A stretch of 63,942 bases of DNA, filler included, from Octopus bimaculoides (lineage: Eukaryota), in NCBI RefSeq assembly GCF_001194135.2. It is 7 parts of 6 records of this genome, joined end to end, with 100 filler letters (N's around TTAATTAATTAA, not from the genome) between each part and the next. Parts side by side here need not be neighbours in the genome. Positions count along the whole stretch, not along the records: positions 12,496 to 28,025 come from NC_068992.1; 6 more parts are not named here. The stretch is one strand, 5' to 3'. The notes below the pieces were generated by a model. The model saw only the letters and a list, made by a program, of their open reading frames with translations, was not told where the DNA came from and made no database searches. Of the stretch, positions 13,808-25,953 are shown one piece after another. The position numbers and the translations under genes were made by a program. Numbering within the stretch: position 1 is the stretch's first letter; each line of letters starts with the position of its first letter.

Positions 13808-14710
13808 AATTTTCAGCGGAATTTGAACTCGGAACCCAAAGAACGAATGAAATGCCGCTAAGCATTTTACCCAGCGTCTTAACAATTCTACCAGCTCACT
13901 GTTTTAGCGTTACAATTAGTATCGGTTTCAAATTTTGGCACAAGGCCAGCAAGTTAAGGGGAAAGGGTAAATCGATTAAATCGACCCCAGTGATCGATCA
14001 ACTGTGTCTTATTTTATCGAATCTGAAAGGATGAAAGGCAAAGTCGACCTCGGCAGTATTTGAACTAAGAAAGTAAATACGAACGAAATACCTATTTTGT
14101 TATTGCCCACAAGGGGCTAAACATAGAGGGAACAAACAAGAACAGATGAACGGATTAAGTCGATTACATCGACCCCAGTGCGTAACTGGTACTTAATTTA
14201 TCGACCCCGAAAAGATGAAAGGCAAAGTCGACCTCGGCGGAATTTGAACTCAGAACGTAACGGCAGACGAAATACCGCTAAGCATTTCGCCCGGCGTGCT
14301 AACGATTCTGCCAGCTCGCCGCCTTAAAATTACAATTAATATCAGTTCCAAATTTGGGAACGAGGCCGGCGATTTCGGGGGAGGGGATAGTTAACTACAT
14401 CGACCGCCAGTGCTCGACGAGGNNNNNNNNNNNNNNNNNNNNNNNNNNNNNNNNNNNNNNNNNNNNNNNNNNNNNNNNNNNNNNNNNNNNNNGAACGAAA
14501 TACCTATTTTGTTATTGCCCACAAGGGGCTAAACATAGAGGGAACAAACAAGAACAGATGAACGGATTAAGTCGATTACATCGACCCCAGTGCGTAACTG
14601 GTACTTAATCTATCGACCCCGAAAGGATGAAAGGCAAAGTCGACCTCAGCGGAATTTGAACTCAGAACCTAAAGACAGACGAAATACCACTAAGCATTTC
14701 ACCCGGCGTG
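13808..14710 (-). mobile_element. Cluster of at least five SINE family A pieces, including two Tx1-tail subfamily copies (14094-14325, 14506-14710)
   Basis: Repeated AAAGGCAAAGTCGACCTCGGCGGAATTTGAACTCAGAAC cores; two carry the TTATTGCCCACAAGGGG tail. Confidence 0.9.
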
Positions 14711-15080
14711 GTGGTGGTGGTGGCGGTGGTGGTGGGGACGGTGATACTGCTGGTGGTGGTAGTGAGTTACCACTGGAGATAATGGTGTTTATATAGAGGT
14801 GATGGCGATGGTGGTGATGGTATTGGAGGAGGAGGAGGAGGAGGTAATACGATTACTGATGCTGATATTGTTGGCAGCGATGCTAATATTGTCGAGGTTC
14901 TGACACCCCCAGCGGTGGTGGCGCTGGTGGCGGCGGCAGCTGATGTGATGATGTTGCTGGTGGTGGTGGTGGTGGGTGTGGCTGTGGTCATCATCGTCGT
15001 GGTTTTTGTAGAGGAAAAGGTGGTATTTGAGGTGTTGTTGATGTTGTTGTTGCTGCTGCTGCTGCTGTTGTGGTTGTCGT
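14710..15080. repeat. GGT/GGA/GCT triplet mosaic
   Basis: Direct reading. Confidence 0.9.
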
Positions 15081-16115
15081 CGTTTATTTTTACCTCAAGT
15101 GAGCTCTGATCCAAAGCATATATGATTATGATCAATAACTGCTCCAGCATGATCCACCTGCATGATAGTGTATACAGAACATTACATACAAGACATCACA
15201 GCATGCCTTCCCCACCTCTACCTTTTTTTTTTCTTTTTTTCTTTTTTTCAATTTCAAAACACTAACATTGATTTCATAGATACTTAGCTGCTATTTCGAA
15301 AAACCCGAACGACCACACAGTGGCTCCGTTTCCTCAGAACGAAAACCTCAGTAAAAGGGACATTTTATTTATAGCCCTTGTCTGATGCACTGTGTACGAA
15401 TAAGCACCACACAGAGCGATAGTCGTTCTTAATAACAACCATCCATCATGTTTGTGATTATTGATAAACACAGAGTTATATTATCTAATAAAGATATCAG
15501 CAAAAGGTGACAATATTGCACGGCTAATAAAGATATCTAACTGGTGTGATGAAATATGATGGTGTGGATGGAGACGGTTTATCATACAGCCCACAATACG
15601 TACACAACAGTTTGTCAGAACCATAAGTTGAAGCAGTAACCCAAGACACAGATAGAACAGTGAACTTTGCTTCTTTCAGGCTAATTTATTTGCCAATATT
15701 TTTTTTCTAGATTAGAGGAATATTTTTAGCGTAATTGAAGTACAGCGGAGAGTAGCGTCGTAATNNNNNNNNNNNNNNNNNNNNNNNNNNNNNNNNNNNN
15801 NNNNNNNNNNNNNNNNNNNNNNNNNNNNNNNNNNNNNNNNNNNNNNNNNNNNNNNNNNNNNNNNNNNNNNNNNNNNNNNNNNNNNNNNNNNNNNNNNNNN
15901 NNNNNNNNNNNNNNNNNNNNNNNNNNNNNNNNNNNNNNNNNNNNNNNNNNNNNNNNNNNNNNNNNNNNNNNNNNNNNNNNNNNNNNNNNNNNNNNNNNNN
16001 NNNNNNNNNNNNNNNNNNNNNNNNNNNNNNNNNNNNNNNNNNNNNNNNNNNNNNNNNNNNNNNNNNNNNNNNNNNNNNNNNNNNNNNNNNNNNNNNNNNN
16101 NNNNNNNNNNNNNNN

Positions 16116-16183
<68 letters not shown>

Positions 16184-16218
16184 TGTTGTAGTAGTAGTAG
16201 TAGTTGTTGTAGTACGGT

Positions 16219-16468
16219 GTGGGAGGTGCGTGACTTAGTGGTTAGGGTGTTGGACTCATGATCGTGTAAGACCGTGGTTTCGATTCCTTGGTGATCGGGT
16301 GACGCGTTGTTGTGCTCTTGAGCAAAAACGCTTCATTTTACGTTACCCCAGTTCACCCAGCTGCAGTAATCTTGCGACGGACCGGCGTCCGGAGAATTTA
16401 TAAGCCTTGGAAAGCGGGAAACCGGCCCTCATGAGCAATCATGACTCGAGAAAGTAACCTTTACCTTT
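16219..16468 (+). mobile_element. CORE-like tRNA-derived SINE with a different 3' tail
   Basis: A-box-like TGACTTAGTGG, B-box-like GTTTCGATTCC, and CORE-like GTGCTCTTGAGCAA..CCAGTTCACCCAGCTG. The tail differs from family D. Confidence 0.7.
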
Positions 16469-16499
16469 TACTTTATATAGTACAGTGTAGTAGTAGTAA

Positions 16500-16538
<39 letters not shown>

Positions 16539-16542
16539 CAGC

Positions 16543-16573
<31 letters not shown>

Positions 16574-17139
16574 TCGTAGTGGTATCAGACGTGGCATGCA
16601 GGCCATCATATCTTACTTGGCATTGCATTTTTATTTTTCTCTTCCGCTTTACTTTAGCATGCACATAGCGTTTTTAATCTTCTCTTCCGTTTTACGAATT
16701 CAGTGTCCGCGCGCACATTGCTTATTCGTTCTTCTTTTTCCGGTTCCTACTTCAGAATTGTTTATAGATCTCACTAACCATCTTACGAACTACGTTTGTG
16801 AGGAACGCTTCGCGCTCCGAGAGTTGTGAAAGAACTGATGATTGGCTCTTCTGATGAAGTGCCGCAATTTCTTACTGAACAGCTTGAGCATATCTCTTTT
16901 TTTTAGTAATCAAATATTAGTGCTCTGTACTCTATGAAATCCCTCCATCAAATCGACATTTCCTTCTCAGATGCATGGTCTGTCCCGTGTCATATGTTGC
17001 AGTGATTTCAGAGCAACTTGAAATGAAAGCTTTATTCAAGAAAATGACACACCATCCGATCCGGTAATCGAAACCATGATCTTGTAATCGTGGGAGCAGC
17101 CCCATAAGCACCAGGCCAAGTGACTTCACACCAGACAGA

Positions 17140-17490
17140 GTAAAGGGTAAAAGGTTAAAGAACCTTTTCGGTCATGAATGACCATAGTATTGCACCTAGA
17201 AAGTTACCCTCCAAAGCACAAGTCCCGGTAACGTTGTTTATGGAAGACCAGCAGTCGCCCGTGTATACCAGCCTCGCCTCTCCACACCACTGATGTTATC
17301 CAAGGGAAAGGCAAAGGCCGATACAGCTTAGCACCTGTGACATCACAACTCATTTCTACAGCTGAGTGAACTGGAGCAGCGTAAAATAAGGTGTCTTGTT
17401 CAAGAGCACAACACAGCCCGTCCAGGAATCGAACTCACTACCTCATGCTTGTGAGCCCAATGTTGGAACCACTGAGTCATGTGCCTTCAC
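17140..17490 (-). mobile_element. CORE-like tRNA-derived SINE with a third tail type
   Basis: Head is the reverse complement of GGAATCGAACTCAC..AACCACTGAGTCATGTGCCTTC; CORE-like CAGCTGAGTGAACTGGAGCA..GTCTTGTTCAAG. A second head fragment lies at about 17020-17130. Confidence 0.8.
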
Positions 17491-17649
17491 ACACCAGACA
17501 ACTAGATGCTAAATTATCTCAGACAGGTTTTTGTGACCATCGGAAGGCTCAGAAAGAGTGTCTTTCTAAACAACCGTCTCAGTCTTTATATCATGATCCC
17601 CGTCTAACAGCCAATGTGTGTTTCCAATTTCATGCATGGATATTAGATA

Positions 17650-18100
17650 CGGATTGCATACGGACCACACATTAAGGCGTTGGAGGTCTTTATCAGCCAA
17701 CATCTCCAGAATATTCTTTTAGTCACCTGGTGAGATAGAGTTATGTACATAGAAATACTTCGTTGAACCGACATCATTAGTACTGAACCGACATAGTACA
17801 GACATCAAAAGAAACGTTTTGGTCATGGTGCCTGTACGCCTATTCGCGTCTTCCCTGTGTGATCCTGTACAGTCAGCTATATCAGACAATTCTTGACTGG
17901 TGGATCAACAAAGCTGGTGAAAGACCAGTTATTAAAGTTCAGAGAACCAACATCAATCTTTCACAAAAGAAATAACGTCGCTGCCTGCCAGCCAGCCATT
18001 CAGTCTGCGGAACAATTGGAGAAACAGAGAAGAAACACACCCAGAGCTTGCAGATGAGGTATTAAGAGACATACACGCTACTGGTTAATACTTAGCGTCT
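17650..18100 (+). pseudogene. Possible highly decayed RTE-clade LINE ORF2 remnant
   Basis: Frameshifted fragments resembling VEPTLLYG..DGAYTRL..RR.LAGH; weak by-eye match only. Confidence 0.3.
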
Positions 18101-18900
18101 CCAATCAAACATTTGTTGCGATTGAAACTGCACATCAAACACTAGGCTGTATAATCTTGAAGGGTTTCACGAAATCAGTCATCATCGAGTTCAAAAGCAG
18201 GCAAAAGAATGCAGCGTTGTTCCGAGCTGTATTGTGTGATATGGTTTGTTACAGTATGAAATAGTGTGGACCAATAGAATGCAGTTTACTACAGTGAAGT
18301 TTGCTGTAATGGAAAGGAGTGTAGCATAGAGTAAAGCAATATAGTATAGGATAATATAACGTGGTACATTGTAGCATAATTTTGGGATAACATATTCTAA
18401 ATCAGTGGTTCTGAACCGAGAGCTATCCATTCTCTCCGAAACTTAACAGGAACTGAAATCGAGAAGATGCTTAACACGAAATTATATGCACTTGGTATAT
18501 ATTTCAATGAGATTTTATCAAAGCTTCATCTCCAGATACGTTTCAACAACACAACTCGAAACAATCTGTCGCTACCTGTATCGTTAAAAAAATCATTTTG
18601 TATCTAACAAAAACTCGTTCATGTTTGAGGTCGTACATACATCAATAACATTAACGTATGTACTTTCAACTAAACACATGTTAAAGATATGTGCATTATC
18701 TACATAATTTGTATCTAATTAGCTATATAATTTATATATCTAATTAGCCACAAATATTTAATGTTGCTCGTAACGATGGAGAGGGCTGGAATTACACAGA
18801 GATATGAAGGAATACAGTCTGAAGTTGCCGAAATCATAATGAGCGCCTGTCGAGAGATTACACCAGTAACGTCCCATATATTTGTTATTAGTGCATGTTC

Positions 18901-18959
<59 letters not shown>

Positions 18960-18984
18960 TGTGTTTATGAGTGTGTGAAAGATA

Positions 18985-19243
18985 TGAACAGTTATTATAA
19001 ACAATTATTAGCCAATCACAATTATCATTAATATTTTGCATCTTTCTGTCGGACATAAAATATTCCAGTCTCTCAATTGAATATTCCTATTTCGTTTGAC
19101 AATGTTTACATACATACGTACATGAATACCTACCTACACACACGCACATATATATATGCATACATAAATATATACATACTCATATATATAAATATGTGTT
19201 TTTGGGTGTATATATACAGACAAATATATACACATATATAAGA

Positions 19244-19280
<37 letters not shown>

Positions 19281-19492
19281 TGCATATATATATATTCATG
19301 CATAGATGCTAACATTCATGTATCCATTTCCGTAGTTATATATATTTATCGATCAATCGATCTCATCTCACTTTATATATATATATGTATGTGTGTATAC
19401 ATGTACACACACAGGTGTATACATATCTGTGTAGATATATTTATATGAAAACGTAGGTGCACACACAGAGACACACACACATACACACACAC

Positions 19493-19523
<31 letters not shown>

Positions 19524-19542
19524 TATATAGATAGATAGATAG

Positions 19543-19575
<33 letters not shown>

Positions 19576-19696
19576 CACATTATGGAACAAAATAGGAATA
19601 TTCAATTGAATGATCGGAATGTTTTATGTCCGACAGAAAGATACAAAATATTAATGATAATTGTGATTGGCTAATAATTGCTTATAATAACTGTTC
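18985..19696. repeat. Inverted repeat with ~120-bp arms (18985-19104, 19578-19696) around a microsatellite spacer
   Basis: Arms are about 90% identical as reverse complements (CAATTATTAGCCAATCACAATTATCATTAATATTTTG..TCTGTCGGACATAAAA). Confidence 0.9.
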
Positions 19697-19936
19697 ACAC
19701 ACACATACACACACACACACGCAGGGACGCACGCACATGCGCACACACGCGCGCAAATAGCCGTTCACACATACGCACACATTCGCACAGCCATATAGGC
19801 ACGTACGTAGATATTCTTCTCGCATTGTAAGCCATTAGTGAAGTATTTCTTTAGTTACGATATGATATTCACAATATTTAATGTCATTTTTTGGTATAGA
19901 TATATACACACGGATACATACGTCATCATATTGATG

Positions 19937-20029
<93 letters not shown>

Positions 20030-20970
20030 GTATATATATATGTAATAATACAAAGAATATATATGCATGTATACACACATATATGTATATACTTACATCT
20101 ACATGTGTATATAGATGCATATCAGGGTACAAGACGTTAGAACAATGAACTACAGACAACGGAACGAACACATAGGAAAACAGAAAGCCACTTGGAATTA
20201 TTCATCAGCTGCCTCTATTCTAACTAGACGTTTCGAAGAAAAGGCAACGTACGTATATATACTATCCAAGTTGTGCTACAGAGTTATTTCCTTAACTACT
20301 AAAGCACATCCAACATTAGGAAGTGTTGGATGTTGCCTTCAATACATGAAAGTGTATCCTGGATGCCATGCATTGCTAGTGCTGTATGCGAGGTAATCCC
20401 CAGAAATCCAGCTGCGTTCATTTCTGTGGATGTCAAGGCAGAAAAACGATAAAATGTTACAATTAGATCCCGGTCTCCTCTGCTGAGTGTTGATGTTGGC
20501 AATTAAAATGTTAACTAGAATTTACATGTACAACAAATTAAGAAATTCTATTGAAGATGACACACATTTTACATTTAAAACTGCGTGCACGAATAAACAG
20601 TATTAAAGTTTCAATGTTTATGAAACTGTTAGAAAATGTGAAAAAAACGCTTCATATTGCTGGAATATCTTTTATTGAAATTAACATCAACGTGAGGAAT
20701 GAGTATGGCGCTGACAAAGTATTTCAAACAGTTCCTCTGGGTGAGCTGGTCTTTTGCATGCCGACCNNNNNNNNNNNNNNNNNNNNNNNNNNNNNNNNNN
20801 NNNNNNNNNNNNNNNNNNNNNNNNNNNNNNNNNNNNNNNNNNNNNNNNNNNNNNNNNNNNNNNNNNNNNNNNNNNNNNNNNNNNNNNNNNNNNNNNNNNN
20901 NNNNNNNNNNNNNNNNNNNNNNNNNNNNNNNNNNNNNNNNNNNNNNNNNNNNNNNNNNNNNNNNNNNNNN

Positions 20971-21167
20971 ATGCACTTGCATAGCAAGTGACCTGATCTG
21001 AGATCGTGTGCTGGAACGAAAACAATTGCAGCGTGGAAGGTGTTTATAAGCCATTTAAAATAACACACAAAATCCGTTAGATTCACTTCAACATTTAAAT
21101 TTAATTTGTCAAAATATTTTCGTCGCTTTGAGACCGCGACCTGTTCACTGACAAAATTCTGTGCTGC
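20971..21167 (-). repeat. Unclassified interspersed repeat, family F copy 2
   Basis: Reverse-complement match to 2334-2540. Confidence 0.8.
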
Positions 21168-21432
21168 ATATATATATATATATATGGGTATGTTTATGTG
21201 TGTTTGTCTCTATGTCTGTGTGTGTATCTCCACCATCATATGACAACCGATGGTGGTGTGTTTATGTCCCCCGCAACTTAGTGGTTCGGCAAAAGAGACC
21301 GATAGAATAAGTACTAGGCTTACAAAGAATAATACAGTTCTATATTTAAGAGGCAGAAAAATGATAACATGTTACAACTAGACACCGGTCTCTCCTACTG
21401 GATATTGATGCTGGCCACTAAACCATATGCCC

Positions 21433-21515
21433 ACGGACATATGGCGTAGTGGTCAAGAGCGCGGGCTACTAACCCCCAAGATTCCGAGTTCGATTCCAAG
21501 CAGTGACCTGGACAC

Positions 21516-21563
<48 letters not shown>

Positions 21564-21728
21564 TGATAATAATAATATTAACATCGAAAAATACCTTAGG
21601 AATGAGAATCCAGGTTCGAAGTTTCCCCAAGACACCTGAAGAAGGCTGGAGAGTATATCTGCCGAAACGTTGTGCTAACAACAAACAAGATGAGGACAAA
21701 TATCCGTTGAATGTAAATAATGTACATA
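21433..21728 (+). mobile_element. tRNA-derived SINE family C with internal (AAT)n and a hammerhead-containing 3' part
   Basis: A-box TGGCGTAGTGG (21442-21452), B-box GTTCGATTCC (21488-21497), (AAT)n, then the hammerhead motif at 21631-21676. Confidence 0.75.
21631..21676 (+). ncRNA. Putative minimal type I hammerhead ribozyme
   Basis: CAC-CTGAAGA-A-GGCTG..loop..CTGCC-GAAA-CG-TT-GTG: core CUGANGA and GAAA, stem II GGC/GCC (plus G-C after a mismatch), stem I CAC/GTG, palindromic AACGTT stem III, predicted GUU cleavage site. Confidence 0.6.
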
Positions 21729-21962
21729 ATGTTACAAAAAAATAAGTTCTCGGGGGAGATTTCTTCGACTAACACCCTTTAAGGTGGTGCTCCAGCACGG
21801 CCACAATCAAATGAGTGAAACAAAAAACGAATAAAAGAACACACACACACATACATATATATATATCGACACACGCTTTTATCGATTCATGCATACATTC
21901 ACACACACACACACATATGTATGCGGGTATGCATGTGTGTGCAAGAGAGGGAGAGAGAAAGG

Positions 21963-22019
<57 letters not shown>

Positions 22020-22469
22020 CGTGTATGTTTTGTATTATGTGGACACGTGGAAAATAAACTGAAATGGTAGCCATTGACTCGTGATTTCAAATCCCACCGC
22101 TGTATGCCCTGAAGCGCATTGTATAACCTAATTTGCTTAGGGCTTCCTATCTAATTAAAACCATATTATGTCTGAATGACATTGTTTGACACTGGGTTTA
22201 TATGTATGCGTGTATGTGTACGTGTGTGTACGTGTGTGTGCGTGTGTGTGTGTCCATGTATATGTGTGTGCGTTGTTATGTATTTGTAACGTGTGAAAGC
22301 TTGTGCGTGCTTCTGTGTGTCTATGTTTGCATGTATATGTATTTCTGTGTGTGTGTGTGTGTGTGTGTGTAATATGTTGTATTTAATTATTCTACAGCAT
22401 TTTTTCTGCACCCTAATTAGTTTCTTTCATCAACGCCGTGCTCCGCCTTCACCAACCCGTTTTACCTCC

Positions 22470-22648
22470 TTTACAATTATTGTTGTTGTTATTATTATTA
22501 TTATCATCATTATTATTGTCATTATTGTTGTTGTTGTTGTTGTTCTTGGTTTGATCTCTGTGCTGCTGCTGCTCATGATGCTGATGCTGATGATGGTAAC
22601 GTTGCCGTTTTTTTTGTTGTTGTTGTTGTTTCTGTGATTATTGTTTTT

Positions 22649-22699
<51 letters not shown>

Positions 22700-22750
22700 G
22701 TCATCATCATCATCATCATCATCATCGTCATCATCATCATCATCACCGTT

Positions 22751-22795
<45 letters not shown>

Positions 22796-23002
22796 GTCAT
22801 CATCATCATTCATCACCGTTATCATCATTTCATTATTGTGGCAAATAAAAGAAGTCCTTCCACCTCCACCTCCTCCTCATCATCATCATCGTCATCATCA
22901 TTATTATCACGAATATCTTTATTATCATTATTATTATTATTGTTGCTCTTATTATTATTATTATTATTGTTGCTCTTATTATTATTATTATTATTATTAT
23001 TA

Positions 23003-23061
<59 letters not shown>

Positions 23062-24197
23062 CATATGGTTATCAATGTTATCTCGGCTAGCATCACCAAC
23101 AACATTACCATTGGCCGTCCCCTTTGTCATCGTCATCCACCCCTTCATCCTTCGTCGCCTCCACGTCCTTCTCCTCCTCCTTCACATCATCATCATCATC
23201 GTCATCATCATCGTCATCATCACTATCTTCGCAATCAACGTCAATATTATCTCGCCTAGCGTAATCATGATGAGCATTATGGTCGTAAGTGAAGAAAACG
23301 AAGATTGTCCTCCCTCTCCACTAACATCACTACCAACACCCCCCACACCCACACCACCAACACCACCATCACNNNNNNNNNNNNNNNNACACACACCCAC
23401 ACCACCAACACCACCATTACCACTGCTAAAACTAGCATCCATTACCGCCACCAGAATCACCATCACCACCACTGCTAAAACCAGCACTACCATTATCTCT
23501 CTCATCTACCATTTTCTACGATAACCACCACCACCGCCGCCACCAACTACCATCATCATCATCATCATCTCCATCATCATTGTTATCACCACAGTGATCA
23601 TCACTAGCACACTAATGGCCACCACTACCACCACCACCACCACCACCACCACCACCACCATCACCACCACTACCACCACCACCATCANNNNNNNNNNGCC
23701 ACCACTACCACCACCACCACCACCACCACCACCACCACCATCACCACCACTACCACCACCACCATCACCACATATTTCTGTGAAACATTCGACCTGCCAG
23801 AGATAACAGCTAGTTGTTGAACAAACCACGCACAGCCGTCTCAAATATGGAAGGACACATTAGACAATATAGTCTATGATGTACAAAACGACAGGATGGT
23901 TATGGCAAGAAGTACTTTGATCACAATTCATGTGCCTCAGAGCCTGACCCTGGGCTAAGCAACAAGGTCCTACGCCTAAATGTCATCGTCTCTGTCGTCT
24001 GGCAACGCAAACACCGCCGCCAATGTTGAACAATCATCATCGTCGTCATCCTCATCATCAACATCATCATCGTCGTCATCATCGTCGCCATCATTATTAT
24101 CATCATAATCATCATCATCATCATCATCATTATCATCATCATCATCATCATCATCATCTTCATCATCTTCCTCCTCATCATCTCCACCACCATCATT

Positions 24198-24236
<39 letters not shown>

Positions 24237-24266
24237 TTCCTCCTTATCATCTCCACCGCCATCATT

Positions 24267-24326
<60 letters not shown>

Positions 24327-24497
24327 TTCCTCCTCATCATCTCCACCACCATCATTATCATCATCATCAGCAGCAGCAGCAGCAGCACCACCACCACCAC
24401 CACCACCAACGCCACCAATACCAACACCACCACCAACAACAACAACACCATCACCACCAACACCATCATCATCATCGTCGTCGTAGTCGTCAAAAAG

Positions 24498-24549
<52 letters not shown>

Positions 24550-24575
24550 CCACCATCATCATCATCATCAAAAAC
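22470..24575. repeat. Large mosaic of triplet microsatellites (CAT, TAT, CAC, GTT) with a thrice-repeated higher-order unit at about 24150-24360
   Basis: Direct reading; ATCATCTTCCTCCT(C/T)ATCATCTCCACC(A/G)CCATCATTATC recurs three times. Confidence 0.92.
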
Positions 24576-25111
24576 AATAGCAACAAACAAGATCGCAATA
24601 GAATACACGATGACCACCGTGTCATTTTAGTAAACCCACTGCAAATCCTGTTGACTGGTTGGTGGAAATCCTTTTAAGCATGCATCAGTTTGATTGGTTC
24701 GTCTTTTTACTGACGAAGAGAAAATTTATTTATTTTTCTTTTGCGTTCAGTTACTGCATTACAATGATTAAAATCCTACTGCTGAATTGCATTTAATTTA
24801 TTTCTTATTCATTTCGTAGTCAATAAAACCTTTATAATTCCTACCACATATACGTTTCGGTCTAAATTAGACTCCTTCAGTGATTTTGTTAAATTTAAGT
24901 CAACGAGAACCAAGGCAGGAACTGTTTTCCATATCGTAATGGAAAAAGTAATGACTGTACAACCAAATTCATACTTATGGGAAAAGCTCATCGAACTATC
25001 GCCTAATATCATTAAAAGTAGGCCTTCTTGACCGTACCATACCATGATATGGTATGAACTAAGTGTATGTGTCACTATCTTTAATAGCTACACATAAGTA
25101 TGTGGCGGTAA

Positions 25112-25593
25112 CCCTTTAGCATTCAGATTACTTTGTCAAATCTAACCACTGAGGATGGACACAAATAGCCCGAAACCGTACGATCTGGTGATCCCGCCGT
25201 CTGCTAGAAGATGGTAGGAGTTCGCTCCCTTGCTTGCAATATATATCGGGTGCAGATTGTATCGATAACCAGCTGGAGGAGGCTCCTCCCGCAATTAAAA
25301 AATGTGGTTACGTCGATTCCTACGGAACAGTCATATTGATGCGGCGATAAACATTTTTTTCCCAGTATAGTTATTATTTTCATCTCTTATAGAGATTTTC
25401 TAACTACTTTGCTTTATGCTTTATTGTTTTGATTTAATCATGTATCATCTCGTAGCTTCGAGATTTTGAATATGTGACTGTTTATTTTCAGAGTGACATT
25501 GTAGGGCGAGTGTGAGAAGCAGGATCTCGTCAGTTTGAACACAAAAGAGGTAAAACATTTCGGCCGGATATGACTGCATTAAATGCTACGGTG
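25112..25593. mobile_element. piggyBac-like MITE interrupted by a ~260-bp insertion
   Basis: Ends (G)TAA-CCCTTTAGCATT and AATGCTACGGTG-TTAA; body homologous to 51765-51983; extra sequence at about 25145-25405. Confidence 0.7.
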
Positions 25594-25837
25594 TTAAGTC
25601 TGAAATCTAAAACTAAAATAAAACAGACTTAAATGAAAAGAATATATCTGTAAAAATTTGGAATAAACGAAATCCAGAAGAATCTGCCATTGAAACCCAT
25701 GGCGATAAACGTTGATAATAGATTTGGGAATTTTAGTGTTCCAAAAAGACTGCAAAGAAAATTCTAAAAGAATGCGAAAAGGAAAGACAATGGTTTTTCT
25801 TTTTTTAATTATTCTTCATAGACATGTTTGATTATAT

Positions 25838-25953
<116 letters not shown>

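Larger units (their letters stand above)
21231..21839 (+). mobile_element. SINE family B 3' half split into 21231-21332 and 21746-21839 by a ~400-bp insertion
   Basis: The two pieces join into the sequence seen intact at 52070-52260 (reverse strand). TSD-like TTACAAAGAATAA (21320-21332) and TTACAAAAAAATAA (21732-21745). Confidence 0.8.
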
